In this document: one piece after another, positions 17,730 to 30,195 of the stretch
How the letters are laid out: every line of letters starts with the position of its first letter
Position numbering within the stretch: the stretch's first letter is position 1
From: Neocallimastix sp. 'constans'
Taxonomy: Eukaryota
Length of the DNA: 64,000 bases
Assembly (NCBI GenBank): GCA_050613775.1
Contig: JBODTK010000155.1
Location: forward strand, 1 to 64,000
Direction: 5' to 3'
Position numbers and translations under genes: made by a program
The notes under the pieces: model-generated
Told to the model about the DNA's origin: nothing
The model's database searches: none
What the model saw: only the letters and a program-made list of their open reading frames with translations

Positions 17730-18681
17730 ATCATTTTATATATTATTAACTTTTACATACCTAAAAAATTTTTATTAAAATATATTATTTTATTAAATTA
17801 TTTTATAAAAATAACATAATTATTTATTTCGTTACTATTAGAAAAACAAATTTTATTATTTTACTATTTATTTTTTATTAAAGATCATAATTTATTATAA
17901 TAAAACTTATAAACTTAATATAAAATAAAGTATATACAATATACAATAATAATATATTTAATGGTTTTATTTTATTTAACCTGTACTCTATATTTATGTT
18001 TCAACTATTTTATTTTATTTTATTTTATTTTATTTTATTTTATTTTATTTTATTTTATTTTATTTTATTTTATTCAATCTGTAATTTATATTCATATTCT
18101 ACTATTTATTTTATTTTATTTTATTTTATTTTATTTTATTTTATTTTATTTTATTTTATTTTATTTTATTTTATTTTATTTTATTTTATTTTATTTTATT
18201 TTATTTTATTTTATTTTATTTTATTTTATTTTATTTTATTTTATTTTATTTTATTTTATTTTATTTTATTTTATTTTATTTTATTTTATTTTATTTTATT
18301 CAATCTGTAATTTATATTTATACTCTACTATTTATTTTATTTTATTTTATTTTATTTTATTTTATTCAATCTGTAATTTATATTTATACTCTACTATTTA
18401 TTTTATTTTATTTTATTTTATTTTATTTTATTTTATTTTATTTTATTTTATTTTATTTTATTTTATTTTATTTTATTTTATTTTATTTTATTTTATTTTA
18501 TTCAATCTGTAATTTATATTTATACTCTACTATTTATTTTATTTTATTTTATTTTATTTTATTTTATTTTATTTTATTTTATTTTATTTTATTTTATTTT
18601 ATTTTATTTTATTTTATTTTATTTTATTTTATTTTATTTTATTTTATTTTATTTTATTTTATTTTATTTTATTTTATTTTA

Positions 18682-18756
18682 GCCATGTTGGTCCAGTCGG
18701 TTAGGACGATACAGGTCACTGTAGAGGGCGGGGTTCGAATCCTCGGCATGGCACCA
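18682..18756 (+). pseudogene. tRNA-like head (Asp/His-like, aberrant anticodon arm, encoded CCA)
   Basis: Acceptor stem GCCATGT/GCATGGC plus ACCA. D arm GTCC-AGTCGGTTA-GGAC. T arm CGGGG-TTCGAAT-CCTCG. The anticodon arm TACAG-GTCA-CTGTA is non-canonical. Confidence 0.75.
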
Positions 18757-19137
18757 AATAATCGGATGAGGTTTCTATCCTGGGATATCATGAGACCACA
18801 CGTGATGTCCATAAGGCTTTCCCTCAAATGATTATTTCACCCATCCCTGATACTACGCTTTGAATTGAAGCATAGACCTTAATGATTGTAAAATTTCCAA
18901 TCGCCAATGATTACACCCACTAGGGAGGAGTTAATGGTTCCGTTCTGATGCTCGTGGTCATTAGAGATATATGTAGGAACGTTAGGAATGCATCTCCGGG
19001 CAGTGTGTAACGACGATTGAGAGCGGCGAAGCTGATACAGTATGCCAATAACTCATCACCTTACAGTTAATTAATAACTGTATGGCCATATGGGAGATGG
19101 GTACCCATATGTGCAAGTCTATGTTTTTTTTTTTTTT
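18682..19137 (+). mobile_element. tRNA-derived SINE-like element
   Basis: A tRNA-like head with A and B boxes is followed by a ~370-bp GC-richer body lacking T4 runs, then a terminal T-run merging into (TTTTA)n. Confidence 0.75.
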
Positions 19138-20163
19138 ATTTTATTTTATTTTATTTTATTTTATTTTATTTTATTTTATTTTATTTTATTTTATTTTATT
19201 TTATTTTATTTTATTTTATTTTATTTTATTTTATTTTATTTTATTTTATTTTATTTTATTTTATTTTATTTTATTTTATTTTATTTTATTTTATTTTATT
19301 TTATTTTATTTTATTTTATTTTATTTTATTCAATCTGTAATTTATATTTATACTCTACTATTTATTTTATTTTATTTTATTTTATTTTATTTTATTCAAT
19401 CTGTAATTTATATTTATACTCTACTATTTATTTTATTTTATTTTATTTTATTTTATTTTATTTTATTTTATTCAATCTGTAATTTATATTTATACTCTAC
19501 TATTTATTTTATTTTATTTTATTTTATTTTATTTTATTTTATTTTATTTTATTTTATTTTATTTTATTTTATTTTATTTTATTTTATTTTATTTTATTTT
19601 ATTTTATTCAATCTGTAATTTATATTTATACTCTACTATTTATTTTATTTTATTTTATTTTATTTTATTTTATTTTATTTTATTTTATTTTATTTTATTT
19701 TATTTTATTTTATTTTATTCAATCTGTAATTTATATTTATACTCTACTATTTATTTTATTTTATTTTATTTTATTTTATTTTATTTTATTTTATTTTATT
19801 TTATTTTATTTTATTTTATTTTATTTTATACTATTTTATTTTATTTTATTTTATTTTATTTTATTTTATTTTATTTTATTTTATTTTACTTATTACATTC
19901 TTTATTTATTTATTTATACATATAATTATATTAAAATTTTTTATGGCGTTAGCAAAAATTTTACAAGCCATTAAAAATAAATGGCGTATTGAAAATTTGT
20001 ATTATAATAATTGGCGAAATGCAACATATTCAAACTTTAATATTCCATAAACTAACCGTTAATTATTATTATCACTATTATTAATTATCTATTACTTTTA
20101 TTTATTATTTATTATTTATTATTTATTATTTATTATTTATTATTTATTATTTATTATTTATTA

Positions 20164-21452
20164 TGTTAAGAGTCAGGAATTTAGGTTTAATAATTATATC
20201 AACTTTATTAATATATTTTATGATAAAGAGCTGCAAATATTAAATTATATTAAATTACATGCTTTTATATTAATACATTGTGGCTCATGTATTACATTAC
20301 ATAAATTACATTTTATTTCATTTAAACTCATATTTCACATATTCTAACATTCCCCCCTTAAACCAAGTTATTCTAAATGAATAATTTTGGTTTATAGGTG
20401 AATTCCATTATATATTTAAAATTAATTACATAAATATTTTAATTTCTATTATTACTAAAATTTTATCTAAGATATCATATCGCGTTTTGTGGTAAACGTC
20501 TTAAACCTTTATATTATTTTAGTAGTTTATTCTGATTTATTTACCCTCTTATTATATGTACGTTTTTCTGGTTAAACGTTTAAACCTTTAATTTTTATGG
20601 GTAAAATTTTTATATATTGGATTGGATACTCATTAGGTTTTACACCATCCATTAATATTTTATATTATGACAACTCTTCGGTTTAACACTTTGGTTTTTA
20701 CGTCTAATTGTTTATTTATCTATGGCTACTCTTATGGATTTACGCCATTTAACTACTATTTCATAAGTTAATTTAGTTTATTTTCTTAATAAAATGATTT
20801 TAATAATATTTTAAGATATCTTGTAATTATTGGTTAATATATTTTAGATTTATTAATATTTAGATTAGTTATGAATTTCTATTCATTAATTTTATTTATT
20901 TTAATTTTATTTATTTTAGTAATCATGTTTTCTTACGCGTAATTTGCCTTCATTTTGCGAATGTAATTTTATTTTATAATGTTCCTTTATGGGTGATTAT
21001 TCTTTTATCATTTATTCAATTTTAAAGCATGTTTCTTGAAATTAGAATTTTAGATCATTTAAATTTCACTGTAGATCAATCTTCAATTAATTATTCATCA
21101 GTTGACATAATGGCAACTCTCACCATAAATCTAGGTCTTCAAGTGCTTTCTTCTTGACATAATATTATTTTCCGGCTAAAGAATTTATTTTAAAATTCCT
21201 TTGAAGAGTCGATGAGACTCTTAATAAAGTTGATATAATTATTAAACCTAAATTCCTGACTCTTAACAGATTAAGTCAGGAATTTAGGTTTAATAATTAT
21301 ATCAACTTTATTAATATATTTTATGATAAAGAGCTGCAAATATTAAATTATATTAAATTACATGCTTTTATATTAATACATTGTGGCTCATGTATTACAT
21401 TACATAAATTACATTTTAATTCATTTAAACTCATATTTCACATATTCTAACA
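20164..21452 (-). mobile_element. Non-autonomous (TRIM-like) copia-derived LTR element, 1289 bp
   Basis: TG...CA LTR at 20164-20349 (186 bp) and a near-identical copy at 21274-21452. PPT complement TTCCCCCCTT at 20350-20359. PBS at 21212-21225. A 5-bp TSD TATTA lies on both sides. No intact internal ORF. Confidence 0.88.
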
Positions 21453-21625
21453 TATTATTTATTATTTATTATTTATTATTTATTATTGATTATTGATTAT
21501 TGATTATTGATTATTTATTATTTATTATTTATTATTTATTATTTATTATTTATTATTTATTATTTATTATTTATTATTTATTATTTATTATTTATTATTA
21601 ATTATTTATTATTAATTATTTATTA

Positions 21626-22713
21626 TGTATTATTGTGAAATTGATGTAATATAATGTAATGTAATATAATTAATGTATAAATAATAATGTATTAATAAGT
21701 ATTTAATTTAGAATAATTATTAGTTATTATCATAAAAAATATTAATATAATCATAATAATGAAGACATCTTACTCTTAAAAAAGAATTTTAACAAAAGAA
21801 TCATTTATCAGACACAATATTATGTCAAAGAAAAATAAATTTGAATTTTAAATTATAATAAAAGTTGTTCATTATGCTAATTTAAGGAAGACTAATAAAA
21901 CTGAACTTTTGAAATGATAAAGATTGTAAAAACTGAAGAAACTCATAAAAATATAAAATACTTGATAGAAAAGAATTATTAAAACTAGCGTGAAATGGGT
22001 TTAGATAATAACTAATTTTATATAATTATTATACAAACTTTTGTGGTGAAAGATATAATAAAATAATAAATATAACCCTGAATTATATACAAATAGATGA
22101 CAATCCATCAACAAAATATACTCATTGATTGCAAAGTATTCAATTTTCTATCATTAATATTTTAATAAGGAGAAAAATCATAAAATATTCAATAAGTTAT
22201 AATTATTAAGTCTCTATCATTAATATTTTTAAAATGATGTAAATTCAGAAGAGTAACTTAATACGTAATCATATATATAAAGACAGGACTAGAGTAAAAC
22301 TATAAGACTATCTAACTTACAATAAACATTTAATTTGAACTAAAAGTTTAAATGTTTAATTTATTTTTGAAATATTACTATGCTTTGTGGTTAAATTTAG
22401 AATAAAACAAATAATAATATGCACTAAATATTTAACATTACAATTAATAAAATTTTGTAAAATTTTATAATTTAGTAAAATAGTAATTTACACATATTCA
22501 CCTATAAACCAAATTATTACTACAGAGAAACTAGGTTTAGGGGGGAATGTTTGAGTATGTGAATATAATAATGTTAAAATATTTAATTATGATATTAACA
22601 TAATAAAATGTAATGTAAAATAATTAATGTATAAGTCAAAATGTATTGATATAAAAGTTCTTTGAATAATTGAGTCCTAATAACTCTTAATCATAAATTC
22701 CTGACTTTCAAAA
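21626..22713 (+). mobile_element. Older, degenerate relative of the adjacent LTR element, in opposite orientation
   Basis: TTCACCTATAAACCAAATTATT...GGTTTAGGGGGGAA|TGTTTGAGTATGTGAA (PPT plus LTR start at 22548) ending AAATTCCTGACT parallels the minus strand of 20164-21452. The leader at ~21770-21845 is also similar. A TKYL-coding RNase H-like relic lies near 22425. Confidence 0.7.
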
Positions 22714-22714
22714 A

Positions 22715-22781
<67 letters not shown>

Positions 22782-23892
22782 TATTATTATTATTATTATT
22801 TATTATTTATTATTTATTACTATTTATGATTATTTATGATTATAACTTTTATTTTAAAATATTATTTATTATTATTTAAATATTTAAATATTTTTTATAT
22901 TTTAATAACCAAAAAAATAAAAATCTTTTAAAAAAATATATTCATTTATGTTATGATTGGATTTAAATAATTTTTATGTATCTTGATTGGATAGTATTTG
23001 ATTTTGTTTTACATAAGTAAAAATTCATATATGTAAAATATATGATAAATATGTAAAATTATAACCATAGTGATATGTACAAATATTTTAAAGATAATAA
23101 TATAAATGAATAGATATATATAAATAACATTAGTTTATTGACAATTTACAATAGTCAATAACTACTATATATAATTAACTTTCTTTTCTTTTTTAAAATA
23201 TATATAAAATAAATAGATTTTCTATTACTTTATTATTTTTTTAAATACTGAAATATTAAAAGTATATGTTTTTTATATTTACCTTTACACAAAATATTAT
23301 TGTATATATATTCTAATTATATAATAAGCTATAAAGTTTGTAATTTTAAAGGATCATTTTAAAATATATATTAATATTATTATTTATAAATTTCTTAACC
23401 AGTAAAATTTAAAAAAAACATAAATTTTTTTTTTTTTTTATTTTTTTTTTTTTTTTTTTAAAAAAAAAATTTTTTTGATTTAAATTTTTTATTATTTTAA
23501 ATTTTTGAATAAAATTTACTATTAAATTATAATATATTATTTAAAACTTCATTGATAAAAGAAAAGTAATTATTTTAAAATAAATTTATAATTAATATAC
23601 CAAATATTAAATAAGTATTTAATATTAATTTTATTTGTCAATTCATTAATTTAATAATTTAAATATCGAATTTTTAAAATTAAAATAAAAATCGAGAAAG
23701 ATTAAATTTCAAATTTCAGTTTCAAATATTAATTTTATACAAAAGAATTTTATACATTTTTTTAATTAATTATATTATAAAAATTAATATTATAAAAATT
23801 AATAATTTAAAAATTAATATTATAAATAATATACTAATTAAAGATAATATCTATTATTAAAATAAAAAAGTACATAATTAAAAGATAATAAA

Positions 23893-25235
23893 ATGGCTAA
23901 GCGTGGAAGAGGAAAAAAGAATACTACTCAACAAAAGAAGACTGAAATTAAAAAGCAAGATATTGAAGATAATTCTGTAGAAGAAAAAGTTCCAGAACTT
24001 GAAGAAGGCAAAAAAACTAAAAATATTAATAGAAATAATGATAAGAATGATAAAGATTTAAAAAATGAAACCGAAAATGTAGTTGAAAAATCTGAAGAAG
24101 AAAATTCCGATGATGATAGTTCAGATAATGATATTGATATTGATAATTTTATTTCAGAACAAACTGTAAATGTTGAAGAAGATGAGAAAGATGAAGTTGA
24201 AGAAAATGAAGAAAATGAAGAAAATGAAGAAAATGAAAAAATTGGTAATCAGGAAACAGAATTAAACATTGAGGAAAATGAAGAAGTAACTGATGACGAA
24301 AATGAAGTTGAAGATGAAGGAGAAAGATCTGCAATAAATAATATAGTGAGTAAATTTTGAATATTTATTTAACAAAAATAAAAAAAGAAAATATTTAATA
24401 AAAATTGTTAATTAAATATATATAATATATAATATTAAAAAGTAATTCTAAATAATTATTTATTTTATTTTATTCTTAATGATTATTTTTTTAAAAAAAA
24501 ATTTTCACCTCAAAAAAGGCAGCGTTAAATAAAAGATATAATGATATTAGATTAGATACTCCAGGGGTTAAAATCCCATGGATTGAATTACAATCTGTTA
24601 CTTATAATAAAGACCTTGGTATTGATGATAAGACTGTACACGATGATTTAAAGAGAGAATTAGCGTTTTATGAACAAGGTTTAGCTGCTGCCTTAGAAGG
24701 ACGTAAGAAGTATAAAGCCTTAAATAAACCTTTTTCACGTCCTAATGACTATTTCGCAGAAATGGTTAAAACAGACGAACAAATGTCAAAGATCCGCCAA
24801 AATATGATAGAAGAACAAGAATCAATTAAAAATGCAGAAGCTGCTAAAAGACAACGTGATTTAAAAAAATATGGTAAGAAAGTACAAACTGAAAAAATTT
24901 TAGAAAAAAATAAAAATAAGAAGATGGAAATGGAAAAAATAAATCGTTTAAAGAGAAAACGTTCTGACAATAATGATGATGATTTTGATGTCTCATTAGA
25001 TTTTGATGATAATAAAAGCAATAAAAAAGCACAAAAAAGTAAAAAACGTTTAGCTAAGGACAAGAAATTTGGTTATGGTGGTCGTAAGCGTGGATCAAAA
25101 CAAAATACTGCTGAATCAACTGCAGATATGTCTGGTTTTAGTCACAAAAAGATGAAGGAATCTTCTTTTGGTGGTAATAAAAATAAAAAAGCTAAAAGAC
25201 CAGGAAAAAGCAAGAGAATGGCCGGTAGAAGATAA
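23893..25235 (+). CDS. EBP2: rRNA-processing protein Ebp2. Exons 23893-24345 and 24519-25235
   Basis: VHDDLKRELAFYEQGL..PFSRPNDYFAEMVKTDEQMSKIRQ..KKYGKKVQ..KKFGYGGRKRGSKQNT..KRPGKSKR, after an acidic N-terminus. Confidence 0.93.
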
Positions 25236-25474
25236 ATTTTAATGGGAATTAATTTATTTATATTTGTATAATTATATTTAAAATTTCTACATTAAAAAAA
25301 GGTTTTTTTTTTTTATAAATTATAAAATTATTTAATATTTTTTTGTCATATCAAACACATTCTAATTTATTTTTTGTTTTTATTTAAATTTACTACTATT
25401 GAGAATTAGTTATTAAAGAATATTATTAATAAAGATTAATAAGAAATTGAATTTTATTAAATAATAAAAGTTAT

Positions 25475-25514
<40 letters not shown>

Positions 25515-26589
25515 TAAAAAAAATTATATTTACATATAAATATATATTATATATTATTTCTATATTAAAATAGTTATTTTATATTATATCAATATAATAA
25601 TTATAATTATTGGTATTATATTTATTATTTAAAAATTGATTTTTCTATAGATTATTATTATTTTTTTTTATTATTTATTATTTATTATTTATTATTTATT
25701 ATATTATTATTATTATTATTTTTAATAATAGTAATAATAGTTATAATTGTATAATTATTAGAAACTCTCTTAAATAATAATAATCATACGTTTAGAACTC
25801 CTTAAATTCCATTATAATAATAATTTATTATACAACTATATATAGAATTACAATATGTAATTCCATATATCACCTGCTTTATTTGACTAGTTCCATTAAA
25901 ATTTAAAAATTTAAACAAAAAATACTAATTTTCTAACATATATAATAATTAATTTTTGTTGAAAATTTAACATTTAATTAATGCTATTTTTATTATTATT
26001 TTAAATATTAAATAGTATATTAAAAATAAATAGGATATATAATGATAATATATATAATTTATTACAGCATATAATACAGTTTATAAGACACTTTTATACA
26101 ATTATTATTTAAAGCATGCATTTAATAGAATAAAATATGTAGGTTCTATTGAATATAATATTTTGAATATAAAAATATTATATATAATTTATTATTAAAA
26201 AATAAGTCCTTTTAAATAAATAAAAAAAAATCTTATTAAAAAATAAGTATTTATTTTTCAAATTTTTGTTAGATTAAAAGTCTCAATTACTATCAGGCAT
26301 TTTAATTTACATAAATACATGTTAAAAATACTTTAAATAATAAAAATTATAAAATATTGATTGGATCTTCATAATATATTCATTAATTTTATCTACATTA
26401 TTTTTTTTGTTTTCTGAATTATTATCGAATATGATTTCATTATTGTATTCATCCATTATTTTTTTTTAGACAGGGAAGAGAATACACTTCCATAATTGTA
26501 TTAATTTTATTATAAAAAATACATGTAGGAATTTAAAAATAAAAATAAAAGTTAAAAAAATAAAAAATAAAAAAACTCAAAAATACTAT

Positions 26590-29520
26590 GTATTTCGGCA
26601 AATTGTACTGCGAGGGAATTCTCCTTTCCTTACAAATAAAAAAATAATAAAAAATAGAAGTAGCATCTTTAAAATAGATAGTGTGGTGTCCACTAAACTT
26701 TCCCCGGATTCATTATTTATTGAATTACTATGGCGAGATTCACCCAAGTTAAGTTTGGTATTTATCAATACCTATCAAATAATAACTCAAACGAACTACT
26801 TATTATAGGTATTGCAGTAGTTAAGAGTTCCGTCAAGCCCACAATTTTTGAAATGGGTGACTCAGATGAACTTTTGAAAAGAAGTTCATTGAATTGTCTC
26901 TGTTCCCCACTATCAAAATATAGCTCATTTAAAGCTAAAGTTCCACCAAGAAGGAACATATATATATAATGATTGATATAATCTTCAAAATCAGAAATAG
27001 AAGATTAAACACTCTAATCTTCCTAACAAACATAAAATAAAGATCAGCGATGAATTATAATGAATTCCATCTAAAAGATGCAAGAGCATTACATTTAAAA
27101 ATCCATTTCTCAAAAGATCGATTACCTTCGCCACAACAGGTGCAAGTCTTTGGATAATCTTCTGAACCTCCACCTATTCTAATAGCAATAGTAGTATTGT
27201 ATTTATAACCACAGCGTAAACGTATAATCTACGAAAGCCCTAAGTTGAATTGGGGATATTTTAAGCTAAAATACCTAGATAAATATAACTAGAAACTTTA
27301 GGAATAGAATTCATTCCTAAATAGAAGGTTGGGTCACTATAATTTGGAGCAGATTGGAAGTTCATTGGTTTAATAACCATAGTTCACATTTTTCAATACC
27401 AAAAGTCATTTCATTTAAATGAGCCCTTTTTTAATAATTTTTCCAAATTTTTTGCAATCGGAGCAATGAGAATAACATCATCAGCAAAGAGTCTACCACA
27501 ACACTTCTTTCTTCTAATAATAACACCATACGTTTCACAGTTATTTAATATATCATTGATGAATAAATTGAATAAGATTGAAGATAATGGACAATAATGA
27601 CGAACACCTCTTTTAATAGGAAATTCATTTGATAGCATTGAAGTAAATCGAGTACGTGCTTTAGATGAAGTATATAAATTACAAAGAAAATCAAAACATT
27701 TACCTCGGACTCCATAATGATATAATTTAATAAGAATGTTAAAAATAGGAACTGAATCATAAGTTTTTTTAAGATCCAAAAAGGCTAAATATGTGAATTT
27801 TCCTTGGAATTTTCTTCTTTGGCAAATTTCTCTAACGGAAATGAATAAACTAATGCATTCTTCACGGTTGCGAAAACCAAATTGTTCAAGTCTAATGAAA
27901 TTGTATGTAAGTGAGTAAGCAGATATTCTATCTGTTACAATTTTTGAAATGATTTTCAGTATAACATTAATGAGAGAAATACCTCGAAACTTACTACAAT
28001 TTGATAGGTCACCTTTCTTTGGGATAGATGCAATAGAAGCTGAGTTCCTTTTTTTATTTTGGAAAGGACGACCCATTCCAGATTTTATTAAATATCAATT
28101 TAAGGCACTTTCCAGCGGCAGGATGTGTTTCTAGTAATTCTTCATTGCAAAATAGTGCTTTGGAGAATTCAATCGGGATACCATCGGGCCGGGTGCTTTG
28201 TTGTCTTTCATTGATGAAATGGTATTTTTAATATCATTAATCGTAATTGGACCGTTGATATTCCAAGCAGAGGTTCTAAGACTAATATTCCGTAAAGTAT
28301 GATTCTAGTAGTTACGATTAAAGCTGTGACCTGAGGGGTCAGAAGCTAGATCTTTATAATATTCATCCCATCTATCTAATTGCCTAGTAGGAGAGATAAT
28401 ATCTTGACCAAATTTATATTTAATGCGAGTAAGTTAGGTGGATGAATAAGATGGTTTAACCATTTTTTTTAAACATCTCTAACCATTTTTGAAATCTTTA
28501 TTCAAAAAATAATTACCGATCTTTAATATATTAGCTTATATCTAGCAGAACGAAACTTATTCTTTGTTTTCTTGACTAATTTGCAAAGTTTTTCGTATTC
28601 ATTAAATTGTTCAAAGTAATTATCAACATTTTCACAATTAAAGAAAGGCATAGTGTTTCGAAATGCAATATTTTTTTTCATGAGACAGTTTTTTAATGTA
28701 ATAAAGACAATGAAAAGCGGAGCCTTTTAAATTTGTTGGAATGAAAGCCTTAATATCTTTACCTATATTATTTGTTGTATTGATAAATTTTTCTATCATT
28801 TCATCAGCCGTAAGGGTATTGTAATGAGAATCGAGGTCATTTGTTAAGATTAAGATTGAAAAACAATTATGTAATAAAATATATGAATTTTTTGTTTTAC
28901 AAATATGAGTAGACCATTTAGAAACGTTAGCAGGTCTCATAAAGCCATCGGAAAGAACTTTGTTGCGAAAAAGCAAAATAGGTTTATTATCAGAAATACC
29001 ATAAAATGAAGTACAAACCCATTTCTTATTAATATGAGTTGCCAAAGTCTCATTATAGAAGACATTGATCAAGTCTTCTATAATGATCTAATGCTTTTGG
29101 CATAATATACCAATTAGGAAAATTATTTGAAATGTATGTTTTGATCTTCTTTAATGACATGTTAAAATCACCAACTAAGACAGCAGGAACATTCTTTCTA
29201 TTGTGAAAACGTAATCATTGAGAAAGTTCATCAAAAACAACTAATCTTGCTTCCTTCCATTTGCTTTGAGGAATATATAAATATACCTGTTTATGAAATT
29301 TTCATATTTTAAAATATTAGAATAAGATGGAAGTAAGAAAAGATTCTTTACTTTATTAGCAAATAAAATGAAAAAATCATCGATAAAATCAAGATTTACA
29401 TCGACATAGAGAAAAGGTAGAGCATTCAAATATCCAATAAATAAAAGATTAACCACCTGTATGTTTGCTAAATAAACTCAATTGTTAGTTTTTTTAATGA
29501 AAAATTTATTATTTTTAGAA
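26590..29520 (-). mobile_element. Decayed non-LTR retrotransposon (LINE) with AP-endonuclease and reverse transcriptase
   Basis: RT motifs IPKKGDLS..FRGISL, QFGFR, FLDLKKTYDSV, GVR..CPLS.ILFNLFIND and LFADD (27411-28076). APE motif LVGDFNMS at ~29155-29180. Many stops and frameshifts. Confidence 0.9.
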
Positions 29521-30195
29521 TTAATTTCAATCTATTAGTTATGTGATGAATAATTATTATTGCTGATATTTTATGAACAAAAATTGTTCTTTTTTACAAT
29601 ATCGATTTATAAATAATTCTTTCCTTGTAATTAAGGGTTTTTTTATTGTATCATTCAAAATGTAACCAAAAAGAGTTACTTATGACTAGCTTAGTATTGG
29701 TTAAGTTGTACATATAATTCATTATATGGACAACATACTTAAAATTAGACTCAAAATTCCTTAACAGGAGTCAAAACAATTAACATCATTCCGAAGTATC
29801 AAAAGGTATCGTTCAAATTAATTAAATCTTCTATTATATTTTATCATTTTGATTTTATAGTAAATAATATTAAAGTTTTAAAATTTATAAAAATTAAATG
29901 TGTAATAACATAAAATATATATATATATAACACAAAAATTTAAATTTAAATAACTTATTGTAAATTAAAATTTTATTATATATTTAAATTTTCAATAAAA
30001 TTTTCAACTAAGATGACAAAAAAAATCTAAATCTATTAAAAATTATAATTATTTTTAAGTATTACAATTATTACTTTACTATTGATATTACTTTATTATT
30101 ATTATAATTATTATATATATTTATATTTATGCTTATTATCATGTTTATGTCTATAATAATAAAAAATAATTTAAATTTTATTGTAGTTATTAATT

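Larger units (their letters stand above)
17965..19890 (+). repeat. Compound array: 9 copies of TTCAATCTGTAATTTATATTTATACTCTACTATTT separated by variable (TTTTA)n, interrupted by a SINE-like element
   Basis: Units start at ~18073, 18299, 18365, 18501, 19329, 19395, 19471, 19607 and 19718. A degenerate unit lies at ~17977. Confidence 0.9.

Noticed and set aside
18682..18756. Functional tRNA-Asp gene
   Set aside because: The anticodon arm lacks a canonical 7-nt loop with U33, and no terminator follows directly. It is better explained as a SINE head.
18985..19040. HDV-like ribozyme suggested by GGCGAA in the SINE body
   Set aside because: I could not build the P1/P2/P3 nested pseudoknot by eye.
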